Source of the DNA: Squalus acanthias
Taxonomy: Eukaryota
Direction: 5' to 3'
Length of the DNA stretch: 64,000 nucleotides
Assembly (NCBI GenBank): GCA_030390025.1
Contig: CM059433.1
Span: 124,001 to 188,000 of the forward strand
The notes under the pieces were generated by a model. That model searched no databases. It was not told where the DNA came from and saw only the letters and a list, made by a program, of their open reading frames with translations. Shown one piece after another: positions 26,265 through 37,665 of this stretch (position 1 is its first letter; each line of letters opens with the position of its first letter). The position numbers and the translations under genes are program-made.

Positions 26265-28440
26265 GCCTGGCCAGCCTGCAGAGGGATGACTGCCGTGTTG
26301 GAAGATTAAAACCAAAAAGACACTTTGCAGTATCTTATCTTTACACTCTGTGGCCTACAGAAACAGGCTTTCTATTCTACAACTTGCCTTTTGATTTCAT
26401 GTCTCTCTCGCTCTCACTGTCTGTCTGCCATTCACAGTCTCCCTCCCACCCACATTGAACTAAAATTTACAGTAACATGACACACACATTCAGACAGACT
26501 CTGCAATTTGCAGAAACTCACACACACACATTTAATTTGAAAGGGGTGCAGCCTGGGAGTGTCAATTTTTGATGATGTCCCTTCCTGGCTGTGCGGCCAT
26601 GTTTGATGAGGACAATCAAACAGGAAGAAGTGAAGCCGAGGCCCCAGAAATCCGGGTCCCCGAGAGGAAATGAAAGCCCAGGAGGTAGAAAAGAAGTAAA
26701 TAAAATCAGGAGTAAATAATAATATATATACTTTACTTCTGTTAACTAAATGTCTGCCTGTCTGTGGTTTGCCTGGAGTGTAATAAAATGAATGGAAAGA
26801 TCGCACAGCAGCTTTTGCTGTGAAAATATCCCAAGCACATTCCTCAATACAGCCCAGTCCAGAAAAAAATCAAATGGATTATTCTGAAAATCATTAATAA
26901 AATAAAATATATACTTTTTCTTTAACAAATTTCTTGTCTTGTTTGGGTTGGGCTGAAGGGGAGAGTAAGATCCCACAGCAGGATGAGCCATGAAACATTC
27001 CACAAACATTCCCCTATAAAGTCCAGTCCAGAAAAATATCAAATGGATTGATGTATATATGTAGGTTTGCTTTTTACAAAATTCTTGAAAGAAAGGCAAA
27101 GTAAGATCCCATAACAGCGCAATCTGGAATTAAATCAGTATGATCTAATGGTGTATACTTTCTGTTTTTTTCAGACATGAGATGCAGTACCAATGCACAT
27201 GGCAGATAACTTGAACACAGACAAGCCCTGCAAACACACCAGCTTTTGCTGTCTGTCTCTCTCTCTCTCTGTCTCACACACACACACACACAGCCAGCCT
27301 GCAAAATTGCCACAAATCACTGTCAGCAATGAAAGAAAGAAAGTTGATTTATTTCATAGCTCTGCTCTGTTTGGCAGTTTAAAAGCAAACAGACAGTTTT
27401 CAGTATTTTATTCTGCATGGTGTCTTGCTTTCTCTCACTGCCTGCCAGCCTGCCTTGTCACACACAAACTCACAGCCTGGCCAGCCTGCAGAGGGATGAC
27501 TGCCGAGTTGGAAGATTAAAACCAAAATGACATTCAGACAGACTCTGCAATTTGCAGAAACTCACACTCACAGACACACACAGACACACTCACAGACTCT
27601 GCAATTTGAAGGAACCCATGTACCAATCCAATTTGAAAGCGGTGCAGCCTGGGAGCGGCGGATTCACGTGACCCTGTGGCTGGGCCTCTGACCTCACAAT
27701 GGGCGATGACGCGATCAGCTCGAGCGGGAAACCCTTAAATTCACTGAACATCCAATTAAAGGACACTGTCAATCCGGGTCTTGTTCCCCGCAGTAACTCC
27801 AGCTGTTTCTGTCCGTCTGAACTGAACCCATTCCTCCCCAGCCTGAAACAGATTAAAGATTAAACAGGAAATAAACAGATTGAACATCAGTGTAAATAAC
27901 TGCGAGACTGGGGTTAATATTTCAATAATAATTAGACAAATATTACCCACAGTGACTGAATCCCATTGATATTTTATTTATTACAGTAAACATTAACACA
28001 AACACTCACCCGATCCGCTCCAGACTCCGGCAGGTCAGTGTGAGGCGGCTGAGAGCGGGGACAGATCGGTCTGTGAAGGAGTTTAATCTCAGGTCCAGAT
28101 CCGTCAGTGAGCGGATTGTACTGAGAGCGGAGGCGAGATCCCCGGCACAAGAATCTGTGAGACCGACAGACCATAGACTGGGGATCAGAGAGAGAAATAA
28201 CAGGAATCAGAGTCAATCCCCAGAGTTTATTAATAATACTATTACTGATACTAATAATAATGTACAGTGTCAGACATCCAGTTATTATAAACACAATCTC
28301 ACACAGTCTGGTACTTACCGCAGTTTCTGTATTTTACAGTCCGGGTTCCTCAGAGCCGCAGACACCAGTTTCACTCCTGAATCTCCCAGGTCATTATTAC
28401 CCAGGTCCAGATCCGTCAGTGAGCGGTTTGTACTGAGAGC

Positions 28441-30078
28441 TGTAAGGGGTGACCTGCGGCTCTGTGCTTAGCCTGGGTGCTAGTGCGGGGTTAGGCCTGT
28501 TGCCTGTTCTGGTCTCCAGCCAGCCTGATAACACTAGACACCTGTGAGTGGTTCGACCCACTCGCCCTTACAGTTCTGACACTGGACTTAGGTGCGAGAG
28601 CAATAATGCAGAGAAAAACTCAGGTAGACCCGGTCGAATAGTGCGAAATGGAAAATCTTTATTGCATATTATTCAAGATTACGAGATACACGTCATAAGC
28701 ACAGATTAATGACAGTACAATCTCACACACAGTTATGTAACTAATTTTAGGGAAACGAGGAGCGCACGACACATAGTAAAAGGGGACACACATTATAATT
28801 ATCCTTAAAACTTAAACCCTCCCCTATCAATACCTGTCCTAATCTAGATTTGTAGGATCGAGACTCATGCTCACCACTCGTGATAACTCGGAGAATTCCG
28901 AAACTCTGCTCGGATGTTTTTACCGCAGCACCTGACTGTCCACGTGTTGATCAGGGGTCTCTGTACCCCACTTGTTTACTCGTCTCTGCTCCGGCTAGCA
29001 GGCTGGACCGTCTGCTGTCATGAAGATCTGTGTTGTCCTCGGAGTTCCGATACTACTCAAAGAAAAGTCTTCCTGTGCCCTACACCGGTTCGATAGAACT
29101 CGAAGAAGGGTCTTCCTAGGCAAGGAAGTGTTTATTCGACTTACAGGCGCGGTCGGGGCTTACTGACCGTGGCGATGCGTATTGTCGTCTTCTTCTCTTC
29201 TCATCTCATCTCATCTCATCTCATCTCATCTCCTCTCGGGCCTTCGGTTCCAACACCGTTTACCGACTTCTCGGGATGGTGCGCCCGTTTCAAGGCCTCA
29301 CAGCCCAGTTCTCCACAGATCTTCGCGGCAAGCCACGAGGTTGATCCTAGCGGATCAGAGTCCAGAGCCGTCAGGCAAGAGAATAAAAGTTCAACAGCCT
29401 TCCAGCGAGTCAAAGCAGCAAGCGCAAGAAGAAGCAGAGGTAGCAGAGCGATGGACGGTTGTACCTTACAGTTATAGTGCTGTAATTCCTCTTTTCCCGC
29501 CCAATCTTAATGTCTATCTTTTGTCAGGGTTTTGGTGCTCAAACTTCTTGTATAGGGTGATCTCCGTCTTTAATGGGTTTCGGTGATACTTGTAACTGTC
29601 TGAGTACCCGTTAATATTTCTCCCATTGTGGAACCGGCTAGTAGTCTCCCTGGAGGGGTTTTGGGGCTTCCAAATGCTTTCTGTAAGTACCCGCAAATGG
29701 CTCTCTCATCGTAGAGTCGTGGGAATTTTGCATATTAATGTCTTTGGATGGGTCCTTGATCGCTCAGTACAATAGCCCTTATTCGCACCTGGGAGACCGA
29801 TTCCAGTATTTATGTATAAAATGCAAACCCATCATGTCTTGTCAATTATCTCAAATGTGCTGAGTCCTGTACGATCTTGCACAAATGTTTATTGGAACGC
29901 CATCTTGTCTGCCCATTGAAAGTCTAGAACTTTCTGCCACGAGGCGTGGCGGCCATTTTACAGGCTGTTTGTGTCCCTTTTGAAACCTGACAGCATTCTG
30001 CTGAAATAAAGCTGTTTGTACGAAACTTTATGTCTCCTTCTTATTTTATAAAATCGCGATAATTTTGCGAATTCTACA
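28441..30078 (-). repeat. Provirus A 3' LTR (1638 bp)
   Basis: TGTA…TACA termini. Preceded on the minus strand by the purine tract AACAGGAGGGAC. Homologous to 61629-63259. Confidence 0.93.
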
Positions 30079-30524
30079 GTCCCTCCTGTTGATGCGAATA
30101 ACTCCACTTATCGTATCAAAAACATTGTGGTGAGCAATATTATCTCGATTCTCCACATCCAAAAATTCCCATAACTTAAAACTATCTAGGGTCTCCGTGT
30201 CGTCCTTATTTCCCAGGAAAACTACATTCTTATAACACCGTAGGCAGCATTTGCCTTTAACTTACACCGCGTGTATTTCCTTCCAGGTGTAACCAGGCCG
30301 ATGCCTCTCGCACCACCTGCATATGCATATTTTTTATTCAAGGAAAAAAGAAAAAACAACAAAACCCAAACAATCATATTCAACAACACCAAATCAAAAT
30401 AATCAAAACCAACTCTTAAACATGTAGAGTTCCAAACTTAATTACAGTTTCTGAGAAAAATCACGATCGATTACAACACTTCCGAGGCGCACGTGGAAAA
30501 CTGGAGTGACGCCATTTTGTCTGT

Positions 30525-32876
30525 TTACGCGGTGCTTTCATCGTGCACGCGCACGTAACGTTCTCGCCACTCTCCCGTGTTTTCGTTCTTGGTGAGGCGT
30601 TTGCCTCTCTTACAATGCACGACCAATAAGTATATCACAATAAACACTTGGCATACAACTAAAATGTGGGAGGCTATTCTAATCCAGGAAGGCACTTCAA
30701 TGTTGGTGAACAGATCCCACCACGGTGGAATTACTATGTCCAGAATTTCTGTCCCTATCTCGACAGTCTTTTGTTCTAGGGTGTAAAAATGTTTTTGCGA
30801 TACTGCGACGGCTTTCAAAAGCTTGGTGAGGTGTCCAGGGAGAGGGGGAATGAGGTATCCGAAATGCGCGACGAATCGCTGCAGGTCGGTGAAGTTCTCT
30901 TTTACTGTGAGATGAACCGTGGATGGTTCAGGGATCGGGACAATTCGCTGTTGTGCTACTTGAACTTCCGCCCTGGGTTTGAAACAGAAACTGCTGTCAC
31001 TCACCGGACACCGGCTACGGTTTCCATGTTGGTAGTGTTGCGCTGCAGTGGTAACACAATATGTTCCACCCCCGATGTATGCTACCTGCGGAGGCACATG
31101 ATCTTGTGCCATTGCCTCCATGGTACAATTCATGGGCTTGGCGCCAGCCGTTCTGAACCCGCACTGTGGTGTTAAAAAGGCATTCAAGTGCTGGGGACAC
31201 AGTATTATGTGTGCTCCCCGGCCACGACAACCAGAGAGATCTGTACCTGTCATCGTTTGCTCCCAGCGGATGACGTAAGGTGGAACCGCTGCATAGCGAA
31301 TGTGGGCTCCCCCCTGAATGACACCAATGTTCTCTACCCGATACACCGGGGCGGGCTTTGCTGTGTCGCCCAAAACCGACATACGTAATACTATACCCAT
31401 GATGGTATGGTTTGATCGTCCGCAGTCCACGGGGACTGGGTATGCTTCTGAAGCTAGTCTGAGCTGGCACGGGTTTAATGCGTTCTGAAAAGGGTGGAGC
31501 GCCTGCAGGTGTTTGTTACTTATCCAGGACGGGACCAAACCTTGTTTTAAATCCTCCAAATTACTGCGGCCCTCGCCCAGTAACCACGCCCCGTAAAGCA
31601 CGCACACCTCATTCTGCGCAGCCTGATCGGACGCATTCCGATCTTCCCTGATCAGGGCATTTACCGTCCGCGCATGTTTCTCTAGTTCAGCTATTATTTC
31701 TTTTAAATGGAGAGTCATGGCCTGGTCCTCATGTAACCCAGACCCAACCACCTTATTTTCATCTGTGAGGATGTTCTTCAATTGTGTTTTTAAGCCATTA
31801 ATCTGGGTCTGCAGCTCCACGCTGTCTAGAGCGTTGACCACAGATGTACCTGTATTGAAAGCAGTGAACATGTCGTTCACAACACCCCTTCTTTGCCTCC
31901 CCACCTGACCCAAAACTTCATGTGGTGCGGTGTACAAACTTGTTTTATCAATTTCCGCAAAATCGAACTCATAAAATTGCCTAAACATCTTGGTCAACAG
32001 GACCTGATATAACTGTTCCGTCTTTTTGGGGCACCACTCTGGTAACCGCACCTCGGTGAGATTTAAAATCTCCGAGGCCACCGCGTAATGTACCCCCTGA
32101 AATAGTATCTGGTCTGTGGGGACCAGTACCAAACCATTCCCGGGTCCCTTACTGGTTTTAGGGCACCCTTCTTCCTTAGCTAGAACCACCGGAATCGTGG
32201 GCGGGGCTTTGCGTGGGCGCGTAATGAGTTCAGTGGCATTTACCGGGATCGGAGAGTATGGGGCTCCGCACCCCCTGGTGCTCGCATCCCACCTCATCCC
32301 CTGTCCGTTGTCCTGCCATTGATTGATGAAAAATATGGAGATGCCTTTGGGGCAAACGTGCTTTGACCCCCACATACATACATAAATTCCCTCATCCGGT
32401 TCCCACCATTTGTCCCAACAGACTCTCACTTGTCCGTTTGTCCCCGTAATTGTCCGATGGGTATTATTACCCAGTCGCTCCCACTCGACCGAAGAGTTCC
32501 TCATGTTTTTGCTCAGCTTTCGTAGCCACCACCATCGGCTCAATGGGACATTCCCATTACAAGTAAAACAAATCCGTTTGCCGACGGTGACGCTGACTCT
32601 GGGTGCGATGATCCTCACTTCGGGGCACATTAAAGAAGTCTCTTGGTAGGCAAAACCCGATGTGCTGGAATACTCAGTTGAATTCGTTCCCAGCCATCCC
32701 GGCCACCTTCCCTTGTGGAAATAGGTGGTGGTCTCCTCTGCCTCCCGTCTTCCGGTCCCATCCACCGCGATGGGGGCCGTGTCCCCGGAGCATCCAAACA
32801 CCACGACATCCTTGGTGCGGCCTCGATAGGCCAATCCACATCCGATTGCCGCGAGCACTACTAGAATTCGTTCCAT
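30525..32876 (-). CDS. env: Provirus A envelope glycoprotein (783 aa from MERILVV)
   Basis: Signal peptide, RQRR furin site, fusion peptide plus heptads, Cys-rich region and C-terminal TM. Same length as env of B and C. Confidence 0.9.
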   Translation of the reverse strand: MERILVVLAAIGCGLAYRGRTKDVVVFGCSGDTAPIAVDGTGRREAEETTTYFHKGRWPGWLGTNSTEYSSTSGFAYQETSLMCPEVRIIAPRVSVTVGKRICFTCNGNVPLSRWWWLRKLSKNMRNSSVEWERLGNNTHRTITGTNGQVRVCWDKWWEPDEGIYVCMWGSKHVCPKGISIFFINQWQDNGQGMRWDASTRGCGAPYSPIPVNATELITRPRKAPPTIPVVLAKEEGCPKTSKGPGNGLVLVPTDQILFQGVHYAVASEILNLTEVRLPEWCPKKTEQLYQVLLTKMFRQFYEFDFAEIDKTSLYTAPHEVLGQVGRQRRGVVNDMFTAFNTGTSVVNALDSVELQTQINGLKTQLKNILTDENKVVGSGLHEDQAMTLHLKEIIAELEKHARTVNALIREDRNASDQAAQNEVCVLYGAWLLGEGRSNLEDLKQGLVPSWISNKHLQALHPFQNALNPCQLRLASEAYPVPVDCGRSNHTIMGIVLRMSVLGDTAKPAPVYRVENIGVIQGGAHIRYAAVPPYVIRWEQTMTGTDLSGCRGRGAHIILCPQHLNAFLTPQCGFRTAGAKPMNCTMEAMAQDHVPPQVAYIGGGTYCVTTAAQHYQHGNRSRCPVSDSSFCFKPRAEVQVAQQRIVPIPEPSTVHLTVKENFTDLQRFVAHFGYLIPPLPGHLTKLLKAVAVSQKHFYTLEQKTVEIGTEILDIVIPPWWDLFTNIEVPSWIRIASHILVVCQVFIVIYLLVVHCKRGKRLTKNENTGEWRERYVRVHDESTA

Positions 32877-33175
32877 CCTTCCTTGGTTCCTGTGATCAGA
32901 TAGAATGAGGTAGCCAGCCTCCCAAGAGTCTCTGGCTTTTGTGAAGGGTGAGCGGGTCCCCTGACCTCGCCTCACGTAAGAAGACATGTGCGCTGGATAG
33001 ACTTTAACTATTCCTATTTCTAACTCCCATCATTTTACCATTTTCTGTTAAAAAAATTAAACTACAAACTTAACCTGATTTAAAACTATAAACTTAAACT
33101 TATAAACTTATAAACTCATCCTAAACTTATCAAATATCTTAATAACTGTACAGTGCCGCCCGTTCCCAGGGCGGC

Positions 33176-35573
33176 CTACTCAAATTCTGCGGTTGCTGCC
33201 GCAGGCTTCTCCCAACGGTGGGGGGGCACTGACCCCTCCCTTTGATCTGCTGCAGCCTGTCGCTGCTGCGCTGGGACTGGGATCTCCCTGAGCTGCCTTG
33301 ACCTTGAACTTACGTCTGGGGACATACGGGGGGAACTTACCCATATCCTTCTGGGCTGGGGTGGCCGACCTGACCTACGGAGAACTACTGGGGGCAGGAA
33401 CTCCAGGACTGACGGACCGGGTTTCGAGACTTCCAGCGTGGCGACCTGTGGTCCCACCACAGTCGCTGGCTCCGCCTCCCTTGACTCCGCCTCCCTGAAC
33501 TCGGGATCTGCAGCTTGTGTCACCGCCCTACTTGGCCCAGTAGGCGGCCATTCACTCGCAGTCCCTATCTCCCTCGAGGGCAAGACGTTCAAGGCGGGCG
33601 GCTCGGACTCTGAGGCTTCCATCGTCACGCCCTGTGGTCCCACCACAGCGGCTGGCTCCGCCTCCCCTAGCTCCGCCCCCCTGCGTTCGGGACCTGCAGC
33701 TTCGGCCTCCACCCTGTGGATCTCTATCTGCAGCCCCTGTCTCCCCTATACCTGAATCGGGGGCGACCCTTTCGTCCTCCGATTCCAGCTCCTCTTCGCT
33801 TGTGTCACTATCTTCGTTGAGCTCCTCGAGCTCTTCCTCATCTGACTCCCAACCCAAATAAAGGATCCTACATTTTTCTAGGATGTCCTCTCCCCTGATG
33901 CAAGCTGCTTTGCCTGCCTGTGTGCCCTGTGGCCCTACCTGGGGCTGCGAGTCCCCACTCGCAGGTTTGGCCCCTGTGGTAGGCCCTTGTGCACCCGGCT
34001 TATACAGTTTGCACTGATTTACGTGGAACCACTTAGTGCGCCGAGGTACCTTTACGGCATATACCATGGGACTCGCCTTATCTACAATGCTGTAGCGTCC
34101 CATATACAGTGGTTCCAGACTCCCTACTCTGGCGTAGTTTCTGACCATGACCTGGTCTCCTACTTCCCACTCCCGCTTTTTGCGGGGTTCCAGCAACAGG
34201 CGATTGCCCTGATGCTGCCTTCCCATGTTCCCAGCCGCCTGCTCATAAACCTGCTTCAGGCGCTCCAAGAGGGTCTGGACGAACTTGTCCCTGCTTACCT
34301 CTTGGAGCTGACCCTCAGTGAGCACCGGCGCTAACACATGGGTGGGGGTTCGCATGATCCTCCCGGTCATCACCTCGTGCGGGGAATACCCCGTACTTTT
34401 CGACTGACTGGCCCGGACCCCCATGAGGACTAAAGGCAGAACCTCCGCCCATTTTTGGGGCGAGTTCATAGTCTCTTTCCTCAATTTCTCCTTCAGGGTC
34501 CGGTTCATGCGTTCAACAATCCCGGATGACTGGGGATTGTGTGCTACGTGCCATTTCCCTTCAATGCCCAAAAGCATGAGGGTGTTCTGCATCACCTGGC
34601 CGGTGAAATGACTCCCTTGGTCTGACTCCACAAAACGGGGGAGTCCCCACCGCGAGAACACTTCCCGGACCAAGATTTTTGCAGTACCCAGTGCCGTAGC
34701 TGTTCTACAGGGGAAGGCTTCCACCCATTTGGAAAACACATCCACCAAGACGAGGCAATATTTATAGCCTCCCTGGGTGGTGGGCAGGGGCCCTATATAG
34801 TCGATCTGTATCGACTGCCATGGTCCCTCCACCCTCCTGATGTACCCCATGGGCACTTTCCTTTTCTGGGGGTCTGGGTTGTTTGCAGCGCACACGAGAC
34901 AGCTTGCACAGAACTCGCGGACCTGCTCCCTGAGCCCTGGCCACCATCCCGCTTGCTCTACCCGTTGCCAGGTAACCTCGGGCCCGGGGTGCCCTGCCCC
35001 CGGTCCCTCATGAGCCAACTGGAGGAATTCCCTCCTGTGCTGCTGCGGCACAACCCACTGCTCCTCGCGGAACAGCATGCCTTCCTTAACGGAGAGGGTT
35101 GTCGTACTGTACGGACCCTCTACCTGGTTGCCCTCAGCAAGGGTTCTGAGAACTGCTTTTAGGGCGGGGTCCTGGTTCTGGACGGTCTTAAGGTCTAGGG
35201 GCAATGCTACCCTGGTGTTCCCGGAATTCCCGTCCCTGCCTTGGATCGCTGCCACGGCTCTGGGCCCATAGGGGTCCCAGAAAGTGCCGTTACGGGCACC
35301 CTCCCTGGCTAGTGCATCCGCCTGCTGGTTGCCTTCCCCACGGGGCTCTGTGGTGGAGTGAGCCTTCAACTTATGGATGAAAATCTCCCCTTCCTCCCTT
35401 ACTGCTGCTAGGATCTTTTCCAGCAAGGGCTTCACCGTTAAAGGTCATCCGTCCGCGGAGGTGTATCCACGGCGGGACCAAATGGCCAGGTATTCCGTAC
35501 ACGAATTGCATGTGAACATACTGTCCGAGCAAATCGTGTATGGGGTTGGGAAAGTTTCTGGGTGGGTAACGAC
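33176..35573 (-). pseudogene. pol: Provirus A pol 3' segment (RNase H end, integrase, C-terminal tail)
   Basis: HHCC and QIDYIGP/SDQG/VERMNRTLK motifs. In-frame TGA near 35446 and a 2-nt frameshift near 33715 relative to C. Confidence 0.92.
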
Positions 35574-37226
35574 TGTAAGGGATTCTGACCCTGCGTGTCT
35601 CGCAGCCTGTGAGATTCACGCGGCTCTGTGCAGCCTGTATGTCAGTGCGGGTCTAGGCCTTGTTGCCTGTTCTGGTCTCCAGCCAGTCTGGGAACACTAG
35701 ACACACCTGTGAGTGGTTCGAATCACTCTCCCTTACGGTTCTAGACACTGGACTTAGATGCGAGAGCAGTAATGGAGATGAAACTCATGTAGACTCGGTT
35801 TGAATGGTACGAAATGGAAAATCTTTATTGCATAATACTTAAGATTATGAAATACATGTCATAAGCACAGATTAATGACAGTACAATCTTACAAACGGTT
35901 ATATAGTCGATCTTAGGGAAACGAGGAACGAACGGCACAAAGTAAATAGGGGCACACATTACAAATATCCTTAATCCTTAAACCCTCCCCTATCAATATC
36001 TATCCTAAACTAGATTCGTAGGATCTCGAGACTCATGCTCACCACTCGTGATAACTCGGAGAAATTCCGAATAGCTGATCGGATGTTTTTCACCGCAGCA
36101 CCCACGTGTCGGTCAGGAGATCTCCTGGTCCCACTTGTTTACTTGCTTCTGCTGCTCCGGCTAGCAGGCTGGAACGTCTGCTGTGATGAAGATCTGTATT
36201 GGTTGGTTTAACAGGTACTTTTCGAGCACAGTTGTCGATATCATCGATACGATATGTTTCTTTGCAAGTTCGAAGAAGTCTTCCTGGCGAGGAAAACTTG
36301 GCTAATCGACCTACAGGCGCGGTCGGGATTTACTGACCGTGGCGATGGATATGGTCTTCCTCTCTTCTCATCTCATCTCATCTCATCTCTTCTCGGGCCT
36401 TTTGGTTCCGATACCGGTTACCAATATAGGTCTTCGTTACGCGACACGAGGTAGATCCGAACGGATCAGAAAGTTCAACAGTCTTTTCAGAAGAGACAAC
36501 AGGCAAGCAGAAGCCCAACTACGAGTACACAGGAGCAGCCACGAGGTTACGAATCGACCGGATAAGAGCACAGGAGCAGCCACGATGATAAGAGCAGCAA
36601 GAGCGAGATGGACGGTTTGGAGCCTGCAATTATAGTGCAAAAATCTTCCGTTTCCCGCCCAACTATGATGTCCATTCTTTTGTTTAAGGTCTGGCGCTCA
36701 AATGTCTTGTATGGGTGATCTCCGTTCTTAATGGGTTTCGGGGCTACTCGTAAATGTCTGAGTACCTGTTAATATTTCTCCCATTGTTAAATCGGTCGGT
36801 AATCTCCCTGGAGGGGTTTGGGGCTTCCAAGTGTCCTGTATAACTACCTGCTAACGGCTCTCTCATCGTAGAGTCGTTGGGATTTTACATATTAATGTCT
36901 TTTGGATGGGCCCTTGATTACTCGGTACAATGGCTTTCCTTTGTACCTGGGAGACCGATTTCAGTATCTATGTGTATACTGCAAACCCATAATGTCTCGT
37001 GTATTATCTTCACTGTGCTGACTCTTTGCACAAATGTTTATTGGAACGCCATCTTGTCTGCCTGTTGAAAAGTCTAGAATGTTCTGTCACGAGGTGCGGC
37101 GGCCATTTTACAGGCTGCTTGTGTCCACTTTAAACCTGCCAGCATTCTACTGAAATAAAAGCTGTTTGAACGAAACTCTGTGTTTTCTCCTTATTAATAA
37201 AATCGCGATATATTGCGAATTCTACA
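35574..37226 (-). repeat. Provirus B 3' LTR
   Basis: TGTA…TACA termini with adjacent PPT. Nearly identical to 43307-44959. Confidence 0.95.
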
Positions 37227-37665
37227 GTCCCTCCTGTTGATGCGAATAACTCCGCTTATCGTATCAAAAATCATAGTGGTGAGCAATATTATCTCGATTT
37301 CTCTCCGAATCCAGCAAATTAATCCCATAATTTTAACTTAGCTAGGGTCTCTGTGTCGTCCTCATTTCCCAAGAAAATTACATTTTATATCACCGTAGGC
37401 ATTATTTGCCCTTAAACTTACACCACTTGTTTTCCTTCCCGGCGTAACCAGGCCGATGCCTCTCGTATCACCTGTATATTCATCTTTTATTCAGGGAAAG
37501 GAAAAACAAAACCCAAAACCAAACAATCAACACCATCACCAAAATAATCAAACCCCAACTCTTAAAACATGTCGAGTTTCCAACGTATTTACAATCTCTG
37601 AAAATCATCATCGAGTACAAACTTCCGCGGCGCACGTGGCGAGCGGGAGTGACGCCATTTTCCGA

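Larger units (their letters stand above)
21100..27610. repeat. Tandem array of ~1.8-2.0-kb units (~3.5 copies)
   Basis: The anchor GGAGG(G)TGA(A/T)AAGAAG recurs at ~21111, 23082, 24911 and 26681. ATGCAGTACCAATGCAC recurs at ~21621, 23586, 25409 and 27182. Confidence 0.9.

Noticed and set aside
36254..36640. Short ORFs inside the LTRs as accessory genes
   Set aside because: They start at non-ATG or weak codons, cross a length-variable TGAGA microsatellite and are not conserved among the A, B and C LTR variants.
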